Part shown: positions 31,995 to 44,189 of the stretch, one piece after another
How the letters are laid out: the number at the start of each line of letters is the position of its first letter
Numbering within the stretch: the first letter of the stretch is position 1
From: Macrostomum hystrix
Lineage: Eukaryota; Animalia; Platyhelminthes
Assembly: GCA_950097015.1 (NCBI GenBank)
Contig: CATNEN010000010.1
Location: forward strand, 2,604,001-2,668,000
Length of the DNA: 64,000 nt
Direction of reading: 5' to 3'
The notes under the pieces: model-generated
Databases searched by the model: none
Told to the model about the DNA's origin: nothing
The model's input: only the letters and a program-made list of their open reading frames with translations
Translations under genes and position numbers: made by a program

Positions 31995-32665
31995 GAGTTT
32001 TGTGGCTCAGTGGGGTGGTGGGTGCTGTGGCTCAGTGGGGTGGTGGCCGGTGGGTGCTGTGGCTCAGTGGGGTGGTGAGTTTTGTGGCTCAGTGGGGTGG
32101 TGAGTTTTGTGACTCAGTGGGGTGGTGAGTTTTGTGGCTCAGTGGGGTGGTGGGTGCTGTGGCTCAGTGGGGTGGTGAGTTTTGTGGCTCAGTGGGGTTG
32201 TGAGTTTTGTGGCTCAGTGGGGTGGTGGGTGCTGTAGCACAGTGGGGTGGTGGGTGCTGTGGCTCAGTGGGGTAGTGGGTGCTGTGGCTCAGTGGGGTAG
32301 TGGGTGCTGTGGCACAGTGGGGTGGTGGGTGCTGTGGCTCAGTGGGGTAGTGGGTGCTGTGGCTCAGTGGGGTAGTGGGTGCTGTGGCACAGTGGGGTAG
32401 TGGGTGCTGTGGCTCAGTGGGGTGGTGGGTGCTGTGGCACAGTGGGGTAGTGGGTGCTGTGGCTCAGTGGGGTAGTGGGTGCTGTGGCTCAGTGGGGTAG
32501 TGGGTGCTGTGGCTCAGTGGGGTGGTGGGTGCTGTGGCTCAGTGGGGTGGTGGGTGCTGTGGCTTAGTGGGGTGGTGGGTGCTGTGGCTCAGTGTGGTGG
32601 TGGGTGCTGTGGCTTAGTGGGGTGGTGGGTGCAGTGGCTCAATGGGGTGGTGGGTACTGTCGCTC
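31995..32665. repeat. 25-bp G-rich minisatellite (TGGGTGCTGTGGCTCAGTGGGGTGG)
   Basis: Period 25. Confidence 0.95.
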
Positions 32666-33569
32666 AGCGGGGTTGTGTGTGCTGTTTGTAGAGCTGTTTT
32701 TGAGCGAGTACCAATGTTTACTTGTATTACATCCGCTCGCTTACTTGTAGTAGTACTAAAAGATCATATGCGTTCTTGCAGCGCTAACAAGTAATAATTT
32801 CTTGCTTAAAGGTCTTGTGGCTGGCTGGCATAAGGAAAGGCTGACCTTATTCTCGCAGCCACCGTGCCCAGCAGAGCGAGTGGGCTGGCTGACGGCCTGA
32901 TCAAAGGAATTTTAATTCGGTGCGTGTGCTCTACCGTGAGCTAATAGGCCCGCTAGATACTGCCGCACAATACTCTGTGATTGAGTGGGTTTTGCTTGGT
33001 CGTCCCATCTTGCCCATACCAGGACACTATAGAGGCCAGACTACAATCTGTGTACTTTAAGTGCTGCTCAAACTCGTTCCGTTGCGCTCAACCCAAGAGT
33101 TGAGAGATGAGCTCGGACTCGAGTTCGCCTGTTGAAATCTCGTCACATTGGTTGAGGAAGCAGATTTTCTGAGTCCATCCGTCGGCAACTGGCTTCTCAT
33201 CGCTTCTCGTGTTTTTAATCCACATTGCTGTTAATTATCCTTTGAGATTTGTTCCGCTGATCTGTGTTACTATAGCAACCGCAGCCAGAAATCATTTGGC
33301 AGTGCGCTCTTGTGTTGGCCTCCTTAAATTTATGACCTAACAATAGCACAGCCTGAGGGCCGCTTGTTCTCGGCGACATGCAGCGGAAGTGGGAACTGTG
33401 CAGGCGGGGAGGTGGTTCAGCTGCGTAAATCTGTCGGTTGAGAATTGTTCGAATGGACTGGAAACGAATCGGCCAATTTATAGCAGAGAACAGCTGGGTT
33501 TTCTTTTAACGCTTATCTGTTACTTTTGAAATGTAACTCCGCGTGTAATTACTGACTTGTTTGTCATCT

Positions 33570-34108
33570 GATGTGACAATGCGGATTAACGATGGCTCAT
33601 CTGATGTGACACTGGGGATTAACGATGGCTCATCTGATGTGACACTGGGGATTAACGATGGCTCATCTGGTGTGACACTGGGGATTAACGATGGCTCATC
33701 TGGTGTGACACTGGGGATTAACGATGGCTCATCTGGTGTGACACTGGGGGATTAACGATGGCTCATCTGATGTGACACTGGGGATTAACGATGGCTCATC
33801 TGGTGTGACACTGGGGATTAACGATGGCTCATCTGATGTGACACTGGGGATTAACGATGGCTCATCTGGTGTGACACTGGGGATTAACGATGGCTCATCT
33901 GGTGTGACACTGGGGATTAACGATGGCTCATCTGATGTGACACTGGGGATTAACGATGGCTCATCTGGTGTGACACTGGGGATTAACGATGGCTCATCTG
34001 GTGTGACACTGGGGGATTAACGATGGCTCGTCTGATGTGACACTGGGGATTAACGATGGCTCATCTGATGTGACACTGGGGATTAACGATGGCTCATCTG
34101 ATGTGACA
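33570..34108. repeat. 33-bp minisatellite (CTGATGTGACACTGGGGATTAACGATGGCTCAT)
   Basis: About 16 copies, with occasional 1-bp G insertions that break the frame. Confidence 0.96.
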
Positions 34109-34920
34109 CGGGATAATAATTGATCTTCTTGAAAACTGAAAGACAAAGGAAGCGGTAAGAAGCTCTTAACGGAAAACAGATATGTTTCAGGTTCCTAGTA
34201 GTGCTGTGTAATCATTTGCGTTGAATTCTGCAGATTAAATTTCAGTTAAGTCTTCTTCTTCGAAAACTGATTCTGCAGCCTCTGAGCCAGAGTGTGTTGA
34301 AGAATCGGAGCTATAAAAACATAGAGACTAAAAATGAAGAGTGAAAATCAGTTTTTAATAGCCGAGTAATACCTGCTTAGGAGAAACACGTCCAGCTTAC
34401 TCAAGCAGTGCAATTCTAGGCCGCTCACGTGACTTTGAGCACTTCCCAGTCTCTGAGCAGTAGCGAACTCTCGCCCATATGTCTGCGGACCTGACGGTTC
34501 TGAGGCCCCAGACTCTGCCGTGCCTGGTGAAAATTTAGGCATCAAAAACTGTCGCTACATATTTTCTGATACTTTTCGATTTTCATCTCGCAAGACTTCT
34601 TAGCAATTAGACACAGTCTGGCTTCTGGCTAATAAGTCAGCTGATTGGCGGGGAGGCTGCCACGGATGTGACAGGCAGTGTGTTGGGTCCGCGTTTATTT
34701 ATTTGCAAGTGCTGCATGATTGTGGGGGACATGGGAGACAAGCTACAGCGATAATGTAGCGTCAGCTTTGTTTGCTCGGAGTGGTTTTAATGATAAAGAA
34801 AAAGCAATCAGATGTCCGCCTAAGATTTCTGAAGCCATCCACACTTGTCCCGGGGAGTCAATGTTGCCTGCCGAGGCTCCGGGTTGCAGACAGGCTGGCG
34901 ACTCCGCTCCGCTGTTTATT

Positions 34921-35025
34921 TCATCCTCTGAATTTTTCGACGCTGGAGCCCTCATTCACCGACTCCATCGCCGTCGCTGGCGGCCGCCTTCGCTCGCTAG
35001 TTCCGCGCCGATGCAGAAGCAGCGC

Positions 35026-35068
<43 letters not shown>

Positions 35069-36129
35069 TGCCAAAGCCGCCGCGAGCAGAGGCAACGTTT
35101 AACCTCCACTTTGAATGATTTAGAGAAGACAAAGAAGACAAAGAAGTTGGCCAAGGTGTCCAGCGTCACGAGGCAGTTGGACAGCGACACCAGCAGGCGG
35201 CTGAGCTCGGAGGAGCGGAAGTTGGGCAGGGTGTACAGGCACATCGAGCACACCAGAGTGGGCACCTCCAGTGCCGTGAAGGTGACAGCCAGCACTAGCA
35301 GGATGCGAGTTGCCCGACGCTTCAATAGCTGCGGTCTCGACGGTGGCGGCGGCGCCATCGACGATCTGGCTGCGCCTGCCGCCGTGGCGGCAACTGCGGC
35401 CGTTGCGGCAGCCTCCTCGGTGGTGCTGGTTGGCGGCGCCGTGCAGAGATAGACGGCGAGCACAACCGAGATGACGAGGACCACCGGCACGGGGAGGCCG
35501 GTCTGCATCACGAAGAAGAAGATGACGAAGCTCTCGCACGACGCCGAGTTGCTGGCGGCGACTGTGGCGGATGGCGTGACGGAAGCGGAGGCACCGGGTG
35601 CGGAAGCGTCGGCATCGACCGCGCAGGCGACCTCTTCGGCGTAGCGAGCTCCGCTGACTGCCACAGAGACGATTAGGATGATAACAAAGGCGACCACCTG
35701 GCGCCGCCGCGTGAGGATCTCGGTGACATGCAGCGGGAACAGGATCACGATGAGGCGAGCCAGGGTGAGGAAGGCCACCCACCAGTTGCGAAGCAGGAGG
35801 CTGACATTGGTGGCGGTGAACTGAATGTCAGAAAGTCGTTTCCAGGCTGGCGTGTTGGCAACGGTCACGTTCGCCGCCTCGCTGAGACTGATGACGTGGA
35901 CCCCGGCCAGCGCCATGGAGGCGAAGATGTCCGTGGCGATGAGCAGCACCATGCCGCGGGCGCCAGCGGTGGCGTCTCGCCTGCGCAAAAAAATCCACAG
36001 AGTGAAAACTAGCGAGATCAGCGAGACCAGCGACACGGTCAGGCTGACGGCGTAGGAAGGCAGCAGCAGGCTGCGGTATAACGAGGTCGTGCTCGCATCC
36101 AGGTGCGAGGAACCGTTGTGGGCAAACAT
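34921..36129 (-). CDS. Divergent class A-like 7TM GPCR, intronless, 402 aa, polyQ tail
   Basis: Seven hydrophobic segments; TM2 LLIATD; TM3 end LTLARLIVILFPL (DRY-equivalent is ARL); TM6 LAVTFTALEVP; TM7/helix 8 ANFFVFFVFSKSFK. Confidence 0.8.
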
Positions 36130-36164
36130 CGTGCGTCCTCAGCTTTCTATCTGTGTCGTCGGCT

Positions 36165-36462
36165 GTATTTTCTGTGTCCTCGGCTGTATTGTCTATGTCC
36201 TCGGCTGTATTGTCTGTGTCCTCGGCTGTATTGTCTGTGTCCTCGGCTGTACTGTCTGTGTCCTCGGCTGTATTGTCTGTGTCCTCGGCTGTATTGTCTG
36301 TGTCCTCGGCTGTATTGTCTGTGTCCTCGGCTGTATTGTCTGTGTCCTCGGCTGTATTGTCTGTGTCCTCGGCTGTATTGTCTGTGTCCTCGGCTGTCTT
36401 GTCTGTGTCCTCGGCTGCCTTGTCTGTGTCCCCGGCTGTCTTGTCTGTGTCCTCGGCTGTCT
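36165..36462. repeat. 21-bp minisatellite (CTCGGCTGTATTGTCTGTGTC)
   Basis: About 14 copies just upstream of the GPCR ATG. Confidence 0.95.
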
Positions 36463-36879
36463 TGCTTTTTCTTTCTGCAGCTCATGGTGAGTATGCTGAG
36501 GGATTGGGTCGATAGGGAAGGCGGGGTGGCAGTCACAGGCACCCGCTCCCGGCCAATCATCGCTTGAGTCTCTGCTGAGTCGCATGAAGTGATGCGAAAG
36601 TGAGTTTTTTGTATTGGCTGCCAGCTGCATGAATGGCACTCAAGCAGATGTGATCAGAGCGGATATTCATCACACAATGCTCAAGGGAATTAGGCAAGTG
36701 CAACCAGATACCCCTAGGAGTGTTGATGTCTCTTCGGTTGTAAGAGTCTAATCAAATGCAACTGCAGACTGACAAGAGCTCAATCTGTGCACTAGAGATC
36801 ACTAGCTTGAAATCCGGTGATAGATTTCACATTAGATCCGCAACCTAAACTAGCATTTAGAGATCCACAAGCATAAATC

Positions 36880-37460
36880 TGCATTTGGAGATCCGCAGTT
36901 AGAGATCTGCAGTTGGAGATCCGCAGTTGGAGATCTGCAGTTGGAGATCTGCAGTTGGAGATCTGCAGTTAGAGATCTGCAGTTGGAGATCCGCAGTTAG
37001 AGATCTGCAGTTGGAGATCTGCAGTTGGAGATCCGCAGTTAAAGATCTGCAGTTAGAGATCTGCAGTTAGAGATCCGCAGTTGGAGATCTGCAGTTGGAG
37101 ATCCGCAGTTAAAGATCTGCAGTTGGAGATCTGCAGTTAGAGATCTGCAGTTGGAGATCCGCAGTTGGAGATCTGCAGTTGGAGATCTGCAGTTGGAGAT
37201 CTGCAGTTAGAGATCTGCAGTTGGAGATCCGCAGTTAGAGATCCGCAGTTGGAGATCTGCAGTTGGAGATCCGCAGTTAAAGATCTGCAGTTGGAGATCT
37301 GCAGTTAGAGATCTGCAGTTGGAGATCTGCAGTTAGAGATCTGCAGTTGGAGATCAGCAGTTGGAGATCTGCAGTTGGAGATCTGCAGTTGGAGATCTGC
37401 AGTTGGAGATCCGCAGTTGGAGATCTGCAGTTGGAGATCTGCAGTTGGAGATCCGCAGTA
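36880..37460. repeat. 14-bp minisatellite (GGAGATCTGCAGTT)
   Basis: About 41 copies. Confidence 0.96.
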
Positions 37461-38593
37461 GCTCTAGCTCTGATCAGGAGGCTGTCAGTTGGGCATGCGC
37501 ACTCAGCCGAGAGACATGTCGAATCCGCCGCTGCAATTACACGCAGCTCTGGTCCGCCCGTCGGACCCTCTAGCAATTCGGGCAGCTCTGACAGTCCTTT
37601 GTTCCTATGCCCCGAAGTGGCGCAACTCAAAGCAAAAAGTGCAGGCCAGGTTGCTTTCTTCTCGCAGAGGAAGCATCGACAATTAGAGGGGCTCGAAGGG
37701 CCTGGCTTTGCACGCATGTAACATCAGGAAGTATGAGAACCAAGCACACTTCAATAGCGACTATCCGCGACTGACACAACTTGCAATTTTCCTCCGCGAG
37801 GCTCCTCGGGCAGGGGGGTGGCCGGGCAACTCGCTTTTCCCACTCGGCCTCTCATTTTCTTCCCCCTTTGCCCGTTGCTTACGCGCCCCATTCTTCTCCA
37901 GTGGAATAATATGCATTTCTTTGCCGCGACTTCCCGCTAATTTGTAATTTGCCACAAGCCCCAGCATCCGTGCGCTTCCTCATCAAGTCCTTTGCTGTTT
38001 TCCCCCAAAGACAGCGGGCTTCGAACGGTGGGGGCGGAGTGGAAGTTAGAGCGAGCTCAGAGGACGAGATCCCCGATTGGATTAACTGTTCTCAGGGCGG
38101 GGTCAGGCCCGCATGCTCAGCAAAGTCAAGGCTGCCAAGTCACAGAAGCTCCAAAATCCTATGATGCGGTGAGGAGACCAGCTCAGGGTGTGCGAAAGCT
38201 TCATATCCCATCTCCAGGGCATGAGGACTGCTTTTATGAGTGCCAATTATCATAAATTCCTTCCTATGCCATCCCATTGTGAGCTGATGAGGCATGCAGT
38301 GAGGAAATCAATCTTTGATGGGAGAATCGTTGGACATTTCATAACTAGAATTTTTAATTTGGAGCGGTTTGCACTGGCTCATTCTGCCAAATGATTTTCT
38401 TGGATTTAGCGCAAGCATTTGCAGTCTCTCTGAGCAGCAGTTTTGCTACGTGAAATTGCTGAAATTAGATATACAACTCACTAAAATAAGCGTTTTCATT
38501 AGCAAAAAAGCACAACAATGTACTCTGTCTTGATAGTTGTCCAGCGTCGTAGCCTGAACGAGCCAATTCTTTACCATTGAATAAATCTGAATT

Positions 38594-39860
38594 CCGGTAG
38601 GTGAGATTCTATCATAGACTATCTATATAGCCTTTAGATTCCAGTAGGTGAGGTTCTACCATAGACTATTTATATAGCCTTTAGATTCCAGTAGGTGAGA
38701 TTCTATCATAGACTATTTATATAGCCTTTAGATTCCAGTAGGTGAGATTCTATCATAGACTATTTATATAGCCTTTAGATTCCAGTAGGTGAGGTTCTAC
38801 CATAGACTATTTATATAGCCTTTAGATTCCAGTAGGTGAGATTCTATCATAGACTATTTATATAGCCTTTAGATTCCAGTAGGTGAGATTCTATCATAGA
38901 CTATTTATATAGCCTTTAGATTCCAGTAGGCGAGGTTCTACCATAGACTATCTATATAGCCTTTAGATTCCAGTAGGTGAGGTTCTACCATAGACTATCT
39001 ATATAGCCTTTATATTCCAGTAGGTGAGGTTCTGCAATAGACTATCTATATAGCCTTTAGATTCCAGTAGTTGAGGTTCTGCCATAGACTATCTATATAG
39101 CCTTTAGATTCCAGTAGGTGAGGTTCTACCATAGACTATTTATATAGCCTTTAGATTCCAGTAGGTGAGGTTCTACCATAGACTATTTATATAGCCTTTA
39201 GATTCCAGTAGGTGAGATTCTATCATAGACTATTTATATAGCCTTTAGATTCCAGTAGGTGAGATTCTATCATAGACTATTTATATAGCCTTTAGATTCC
39301 AGTAGGCGAGGTTCTACCATAGACTATCTATATAGCCTTTAGATTCCAGTAGGTGAGGTTCTACCATAGACTATCTATATAGCCTTTATATTCCAGTAGG
39401 TGAGGTTCTGCAATAGACTATCTATATAGCCTTTAGATTCCAGTAGTTGAGGTTCTGCCATAGACTATCTATATAGCCTTTAGATTCCAGTAGGTGAGGT
39501 TCTACCATAGACTATCTATATAGCCTTTAGATTCCAGTAGGTGAGATTCTATCATAACTATTTATATAGCCTTTAGATTCCAGTAGGTGAGATTCTATCA
39601 TAGACTATTTATATAGCCTTTAGATTCCAGTAGGTGACGTTCTGCCATAGACTATCTATATAGCCTTTAGATTCCAGTAGGTGAGGTTCTACCATAGATG
39701 ATCTATATAGCCTTTAGATTCCAGTAGGTGGCGTTCTGCCATAGACTATCTATATAGCCTTTAGATTCCAGTAGGTGGCGTTCTGCCATAGACTATCTAT
39801 ATAGCCTTTAGATTCCAGTAGGTGAGGTTCTACCATAGACTATCTATACAGCTTTTAGAT
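38594..39860. repeat. 47-bp minisatellite (TTCCAGTAGGTGAGATTCTATCATAGACTATTTATATAGCCTTTAGA), about 27 copies
   Basis: Period 47, with a variant block repeated at a 376-bp (8-unit) offset. Confidence 0.97.
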
Positions 39861-40509
39861 TCTGATAGATTGAGGATTCAAGGATTCTTGCGATAAAATG
39901 AACAGGTGAGATTCTATCATAGACCAAATGTTGAATGTATCCCACAGCAGCAGCAATTTGCACACACATGCAAAGCGAGTCTAGTAGAAGCATTAAATAG
40001 CTATAAAAGGCCATGCAGGACATGAAGCTACAGTCGGTGTTTTGATTTCAGATAAGCTATATCAGCTGGCCCCGCTTCCCACATAGACACCGCAATAGGC
40101 TGGCTCATCGGCGTTTCATTGTGAAGCGGCTAATGGAATTGTTGGAAAGGGAATAATTCATTGCGTGGTTTTTATCAGGAGTCTGTGGGTGGCAAATTGT
40201 ATCAGGTTTTTAATAAATCAATAAAATAGATGAGATTTTCAGACATCATATTTTTATCCAGATCCGTTTGCAGGTGCGGAATTGCAGAATTTTCTGCCGA
40301 TGCAAAAGGATAGAGCTAGTTAGTCTGGAATTTGTGAAAATCTGCTTTCATATTCATAAAAATTTGCTAGATAGGACGCCCGCGCTTCTGGAATAAATTT
40401 TTCATCCTCAAAACGGCACTTTTTGTTTGCGAATCCACACGATGGCACTTCCTATAATGCCAAACCATCAAAACGACAATTTTTTGAAAGGAACATCTAA
40501 AAATGGTAA

Positions 40510-42172
40510 ATCCCACTCTCCCACTCTCCCACTCACTCTCCCACTCTCTCACTCTCCCACTCTCCCACTCTCCTACTCTCCCAATCTCCCAATCTCCCAC
40601 TCTCCCACTCTCCCACTCTCCCACTCTCCCACTCTCCCGTTCTCCCATTCTCCCACTCTCCCACTCTCCCACTCTCCCGTTCTCCCATTCTCCCACTCTC
40701 CCACTCTCCCACTCTCCCACTCACTCTCCCACTCTCCCATTCTCCCATTCTCCCACTCTCCCATTCTCCCACTCTCCCATTCTCCCACTCTCCCACTCTC
40801 CCATTCTCACACTCTCCCACTCTCCCATTCTCACACTCTCCCACTCTCCCACTCTCCCATTCTCCCACTCTCCCATTCTCACACTTTCCCACTCTCCCAC
40901 TCTCCCACTCTCCCACTCTCCCAATCTCCCACTCTCCCACTCTCCCACTCTCCCACTCTCCCACTCTCCCATTCTCCCACTCTCCCATTCTCCCACTCTC
41001 CCACTCTCCCACTCTCCCACTCTCCCACTCTCCCACTCTCCCACTCTCCCATTCTCACACTCTCCCACTCTCCCACTCTCCCATTCTCCCACTCTCCCAC
41101 TCTCTCACTCTCCCACTCTCCCACTCTCCTACTCTCCCAATCTCCCAATCTCCCACTCTCCCACTCTCCCACTCTCCCACTCTCCCACTCTCCCACTCTC
41201 CCACTCTCCCATTCTCCCATTCTCCCACTCTCCCACTCTCCCACTCTCCCACTCACTCTCCCACTCTCCCATTCTCCCATTCTCCCACTCTCCCATTCTC
41301 CCACTCTCCCATTCTCCCACTCTCCCATTCTCCCACTCTCCCACTCTCCCATTCTCCCACTCTCCCATTCTCCCATTCTCCCACTCTCCCACTCTCCCAC
41401 TCTCCCACTCACTCTCCCACTCTCCCATTCTCCCATTCTCCCACTCTCCCATTCTCCCACTCTCCCATTCTCCCACTCTCCCATTCTCCCACTCTCCCAC
41501 TCTCCCATTCTCCCATTCTCCCATTCTCCCACTCTCCCACTCTCACATTCTCCCACTCTCCCATTCTCCCACTCTCCCACTCTCCCATTCTCACACTCTC
41601 CCACTCTCCCACTCTCCCATTCTCCCACTCTCCCACTCTCCCACTCTCCCACTCTCCCATTCTCCCACTCTCCCACTCTCCCACTCTCCCAATCTCCCAA
41701 TCTCCCACTCTCCCACTCTCCCACTCTCCCACTCTCCCACTCTCCCACTCTCCCACTCTCCCACTCTCCCACTCTCCCATTCTCCCACTCTCCCATTCTC
41801 CCACTCTCCCACTCTCCCCTTCTCCCACTCTCCCACTCTCCCACTCTCCCAATCTCCCAATCTCCCACTCTCCCACCCTCCCACTCTCCTACTCTCACAT
41901 TCTCCCACTCTCCCATTCTCCCACTCTCCCATTCTCCACTTTCCCATTCTCCCACTCTCCCACTCTCCCACTCTCACACTCTCCCACTCTCCCATTCTCC
42001 CATTCTCCCACTCTCCCACTCTCCCATTCTCCCATTCTCCCACTCTCCCATTCTCCCACTCTCCCACTCTCCCACTCTCCCATTCTCCCACTCTCCCATT
42101 CTCCCACTCTCCCATTCTCCCATTCTCCCACTCTCCCATTCTCCCACTCTCCCACTCTCCCACTCTCCCACT
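40510..42172. repeat. 8-bp C-rich satellite (CACTCTCC / CATTCTCC), about 200 copies
   Basis: Source of the SHSPTLPL / GEWESGRV ORFs. Confidence 0.97.
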
Positions 42173-42379
42173 ACGGTGGAGTTTCGCCAGGAGTAACATC
42201 CAAGCGCATGTTTTTACTTTACTTTCCTAGATATGTACATTCCTAGAATGTTTATAGATAAATCAAGTCCTAATTAGCATAATGAGATTCGAATGCCTGA
42301 AATTTGAGTCCGTTCGTCTTGTCGGCGCTTCGTACTTTGATCCGCGACTGTGGGGATAAAATTTTTCCAGGATTTCAAA

Positions 42380-42534
42380 CTCGGAGCAACAGAGGGAGAC
42401 AGACGGGAGAAGGGCGGCATCAATGAGGCCATCGTGGCCGCGAAAATCAATGGCAAAACCTGCCCCGGCCGGCTTGTCGGGCCCAGGTGCAACCGCGAGC
42501 AGGTCCGCACAGCCCCCCGATCCCTGCCTCCGAG
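42380..42534 (+). ncRNA. Candidate SRP (7SL) RNA S-domain-like segment; alternatively a coding exon
   Basis: CGGCATCAAT, then after 55 nt GGCCCAGGT-GCAACCGC-GAGCAGGTC, resembling SRP helix 8. Flanks CTCGGAG/CTCCGAG can pair. No Alu domain seen, and an open exon-like frame overlaps. Confidence 0.3.
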
Positions 42535-43324
42535 CGCCGGCTTAATGAGACAGCCGTGCGATCGGGGCTCGAACCGGCGACCTTCCCTCGTCGCCACCTG
42601 AGACGGGCCGGGCTGCTCGCAGATGCGAGAGCGGAATTGATTCAGCTGGCCAAGCAGGATTTGCGATGCTAGTTCCACAGGGCACTCGGCCCATGCCGAT
42701 CTGCTCTGGGATTTTGTGCTCGCGGGAAGTGAAACTGAATGGATTCCCTGCTCAGCAGTCACGTGATCACGTTTATACTGGAGAAAAGGGAAAACTGTGC
42801 TCCAGAACTTTTAGGCTTGAAAAATCTAATTTTTTTTATTTACTTGGGATTTGGGATTTATTTTTAGTTCTTAAAAAGTGGGATCCCCAGCGCGATGAAA
42901 TGGGGTCGCTTCCAAATCTTGGGATGTGCTGGGGTGAGCCCCTAATCTGATGGGATCAACCTGCCGCTCCTGAAATGCGCACTTAAAGCAGTTTTCTGAG
43001 CACCGCCTGAGTCGATCGTTTTATCGATTATCGCTGGCCAACGGCTTTTAATGAGGATATAGCAGCATTGAGGATCAATGGCTTAATTCGAGATAGTTAG
43101 TGGCAGCCACAAGCGAATCAACTGGAGAGAAACTAGAGAAACGAGTAAACTTAACATACCGTTACTTTAGCCTCGAGTTACAAAAAAGCGTTTTTTTTCT
43201 AATAATTATTTTACTTCCAGTTTTTCATTACATTTTTTCTAACTCTTTCAAATTCAAAGCGTACATTTCTATTTTTTAAAAGCCTGAAATTTGAAACGCG
43301 ATTGCAGACGTAATTATAATTACA

Positions 43325-43386
43325 TTGCCCAGTGGAATTAGAGCTTCAGACCTCAGACTGTGAGAGGTCAGGAGTTCGAAACTCCC
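43325..43386 (+). pseudogene. tRNA-like relic or SINE head
   Basis: A-box-like GCCCAGTGGAATTAGAGC and T-arm GGAG-TTCGAAA-CTCC followed by a T-rich run; no clean acceptor or anticodon stem. Confidence 0.4.
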
Positions 43387-44189
43387 AAATTTTGTTTTCG
43401 AGCAGAGCAAGACACGTCCCATTGTTCCTACACTCCCATAGTTCAAATAGCTTAGAAATTGGGACTCGCGTGAGAACCCGGGTCCGCGGGCTCCAGCTGA
43501 GAAGCGCCTTTAGACATCCCGCGCTGCAGCGGTGCCAACTGGCTGCACACCTGGCTCAGCTGGGCAATTTTTATACATTCTGTTTAATACTACTGCCGAA
43601 TTAATGCAAGTAATAACAATTTCACAGACACCGATGTTTACTTTGTTTACTACTTTAAGTAGAGCATTCTGCATATTTTCATTAAACGATTTACGATAAA
43701 AAAGTATGCAGTCTACTGTTATCTGATGGTCAGTAGTGCTGAACGAAAAGTACATTTTACAATGTAAGATGTAAGTCAGTTTTAGTGGCCAAAGTTTTAT
43801 TGCAACTAAGCAACTCTGAACTACAGTGTTGGCCAGTCTTACTGCTGTTGCTGGCGTAGAAACTCACGTTCATTTACAAAAAGAGTAACTAAAAAAATTT
43901 TGGCTGGGCTGCATAAAGCCAGTTGGATTTCGGCATGACTCTGGGCTGTCAGAATCCAAGTTTGAAAGCGAACTTTCAACAGTGTGCATCTTCAGGTTTA
44001 TTTAAAAGGAAATTGAACGGGTACAGATTGAATAAATACTTTTTGGGGTATAAACTTAGTCCATAGTTTGTTAGTACATTGTTGGTCCGTAAACCGAGAG
44101 GCAAGGTTGTAGCCAACTGTACAGAGTGCACAGCCAGTAGCCCTCCCTCAGAACACACGGAGAACATGGCCCGCACCACTGTGTTGGAC

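Noticed and set aside
42540-42625. RNase P/MRP CR-I motif or a tRNA on the minus strand (GAGGGAAGGTCGCCGGTTCGAGCCCC)
   Set aside because: The P4 partner would be only about 30 nt away, there is no CR-V at the right distance, and no cloverleaf forms; a local GGCGAC/GTCGCC hairpin explains it.
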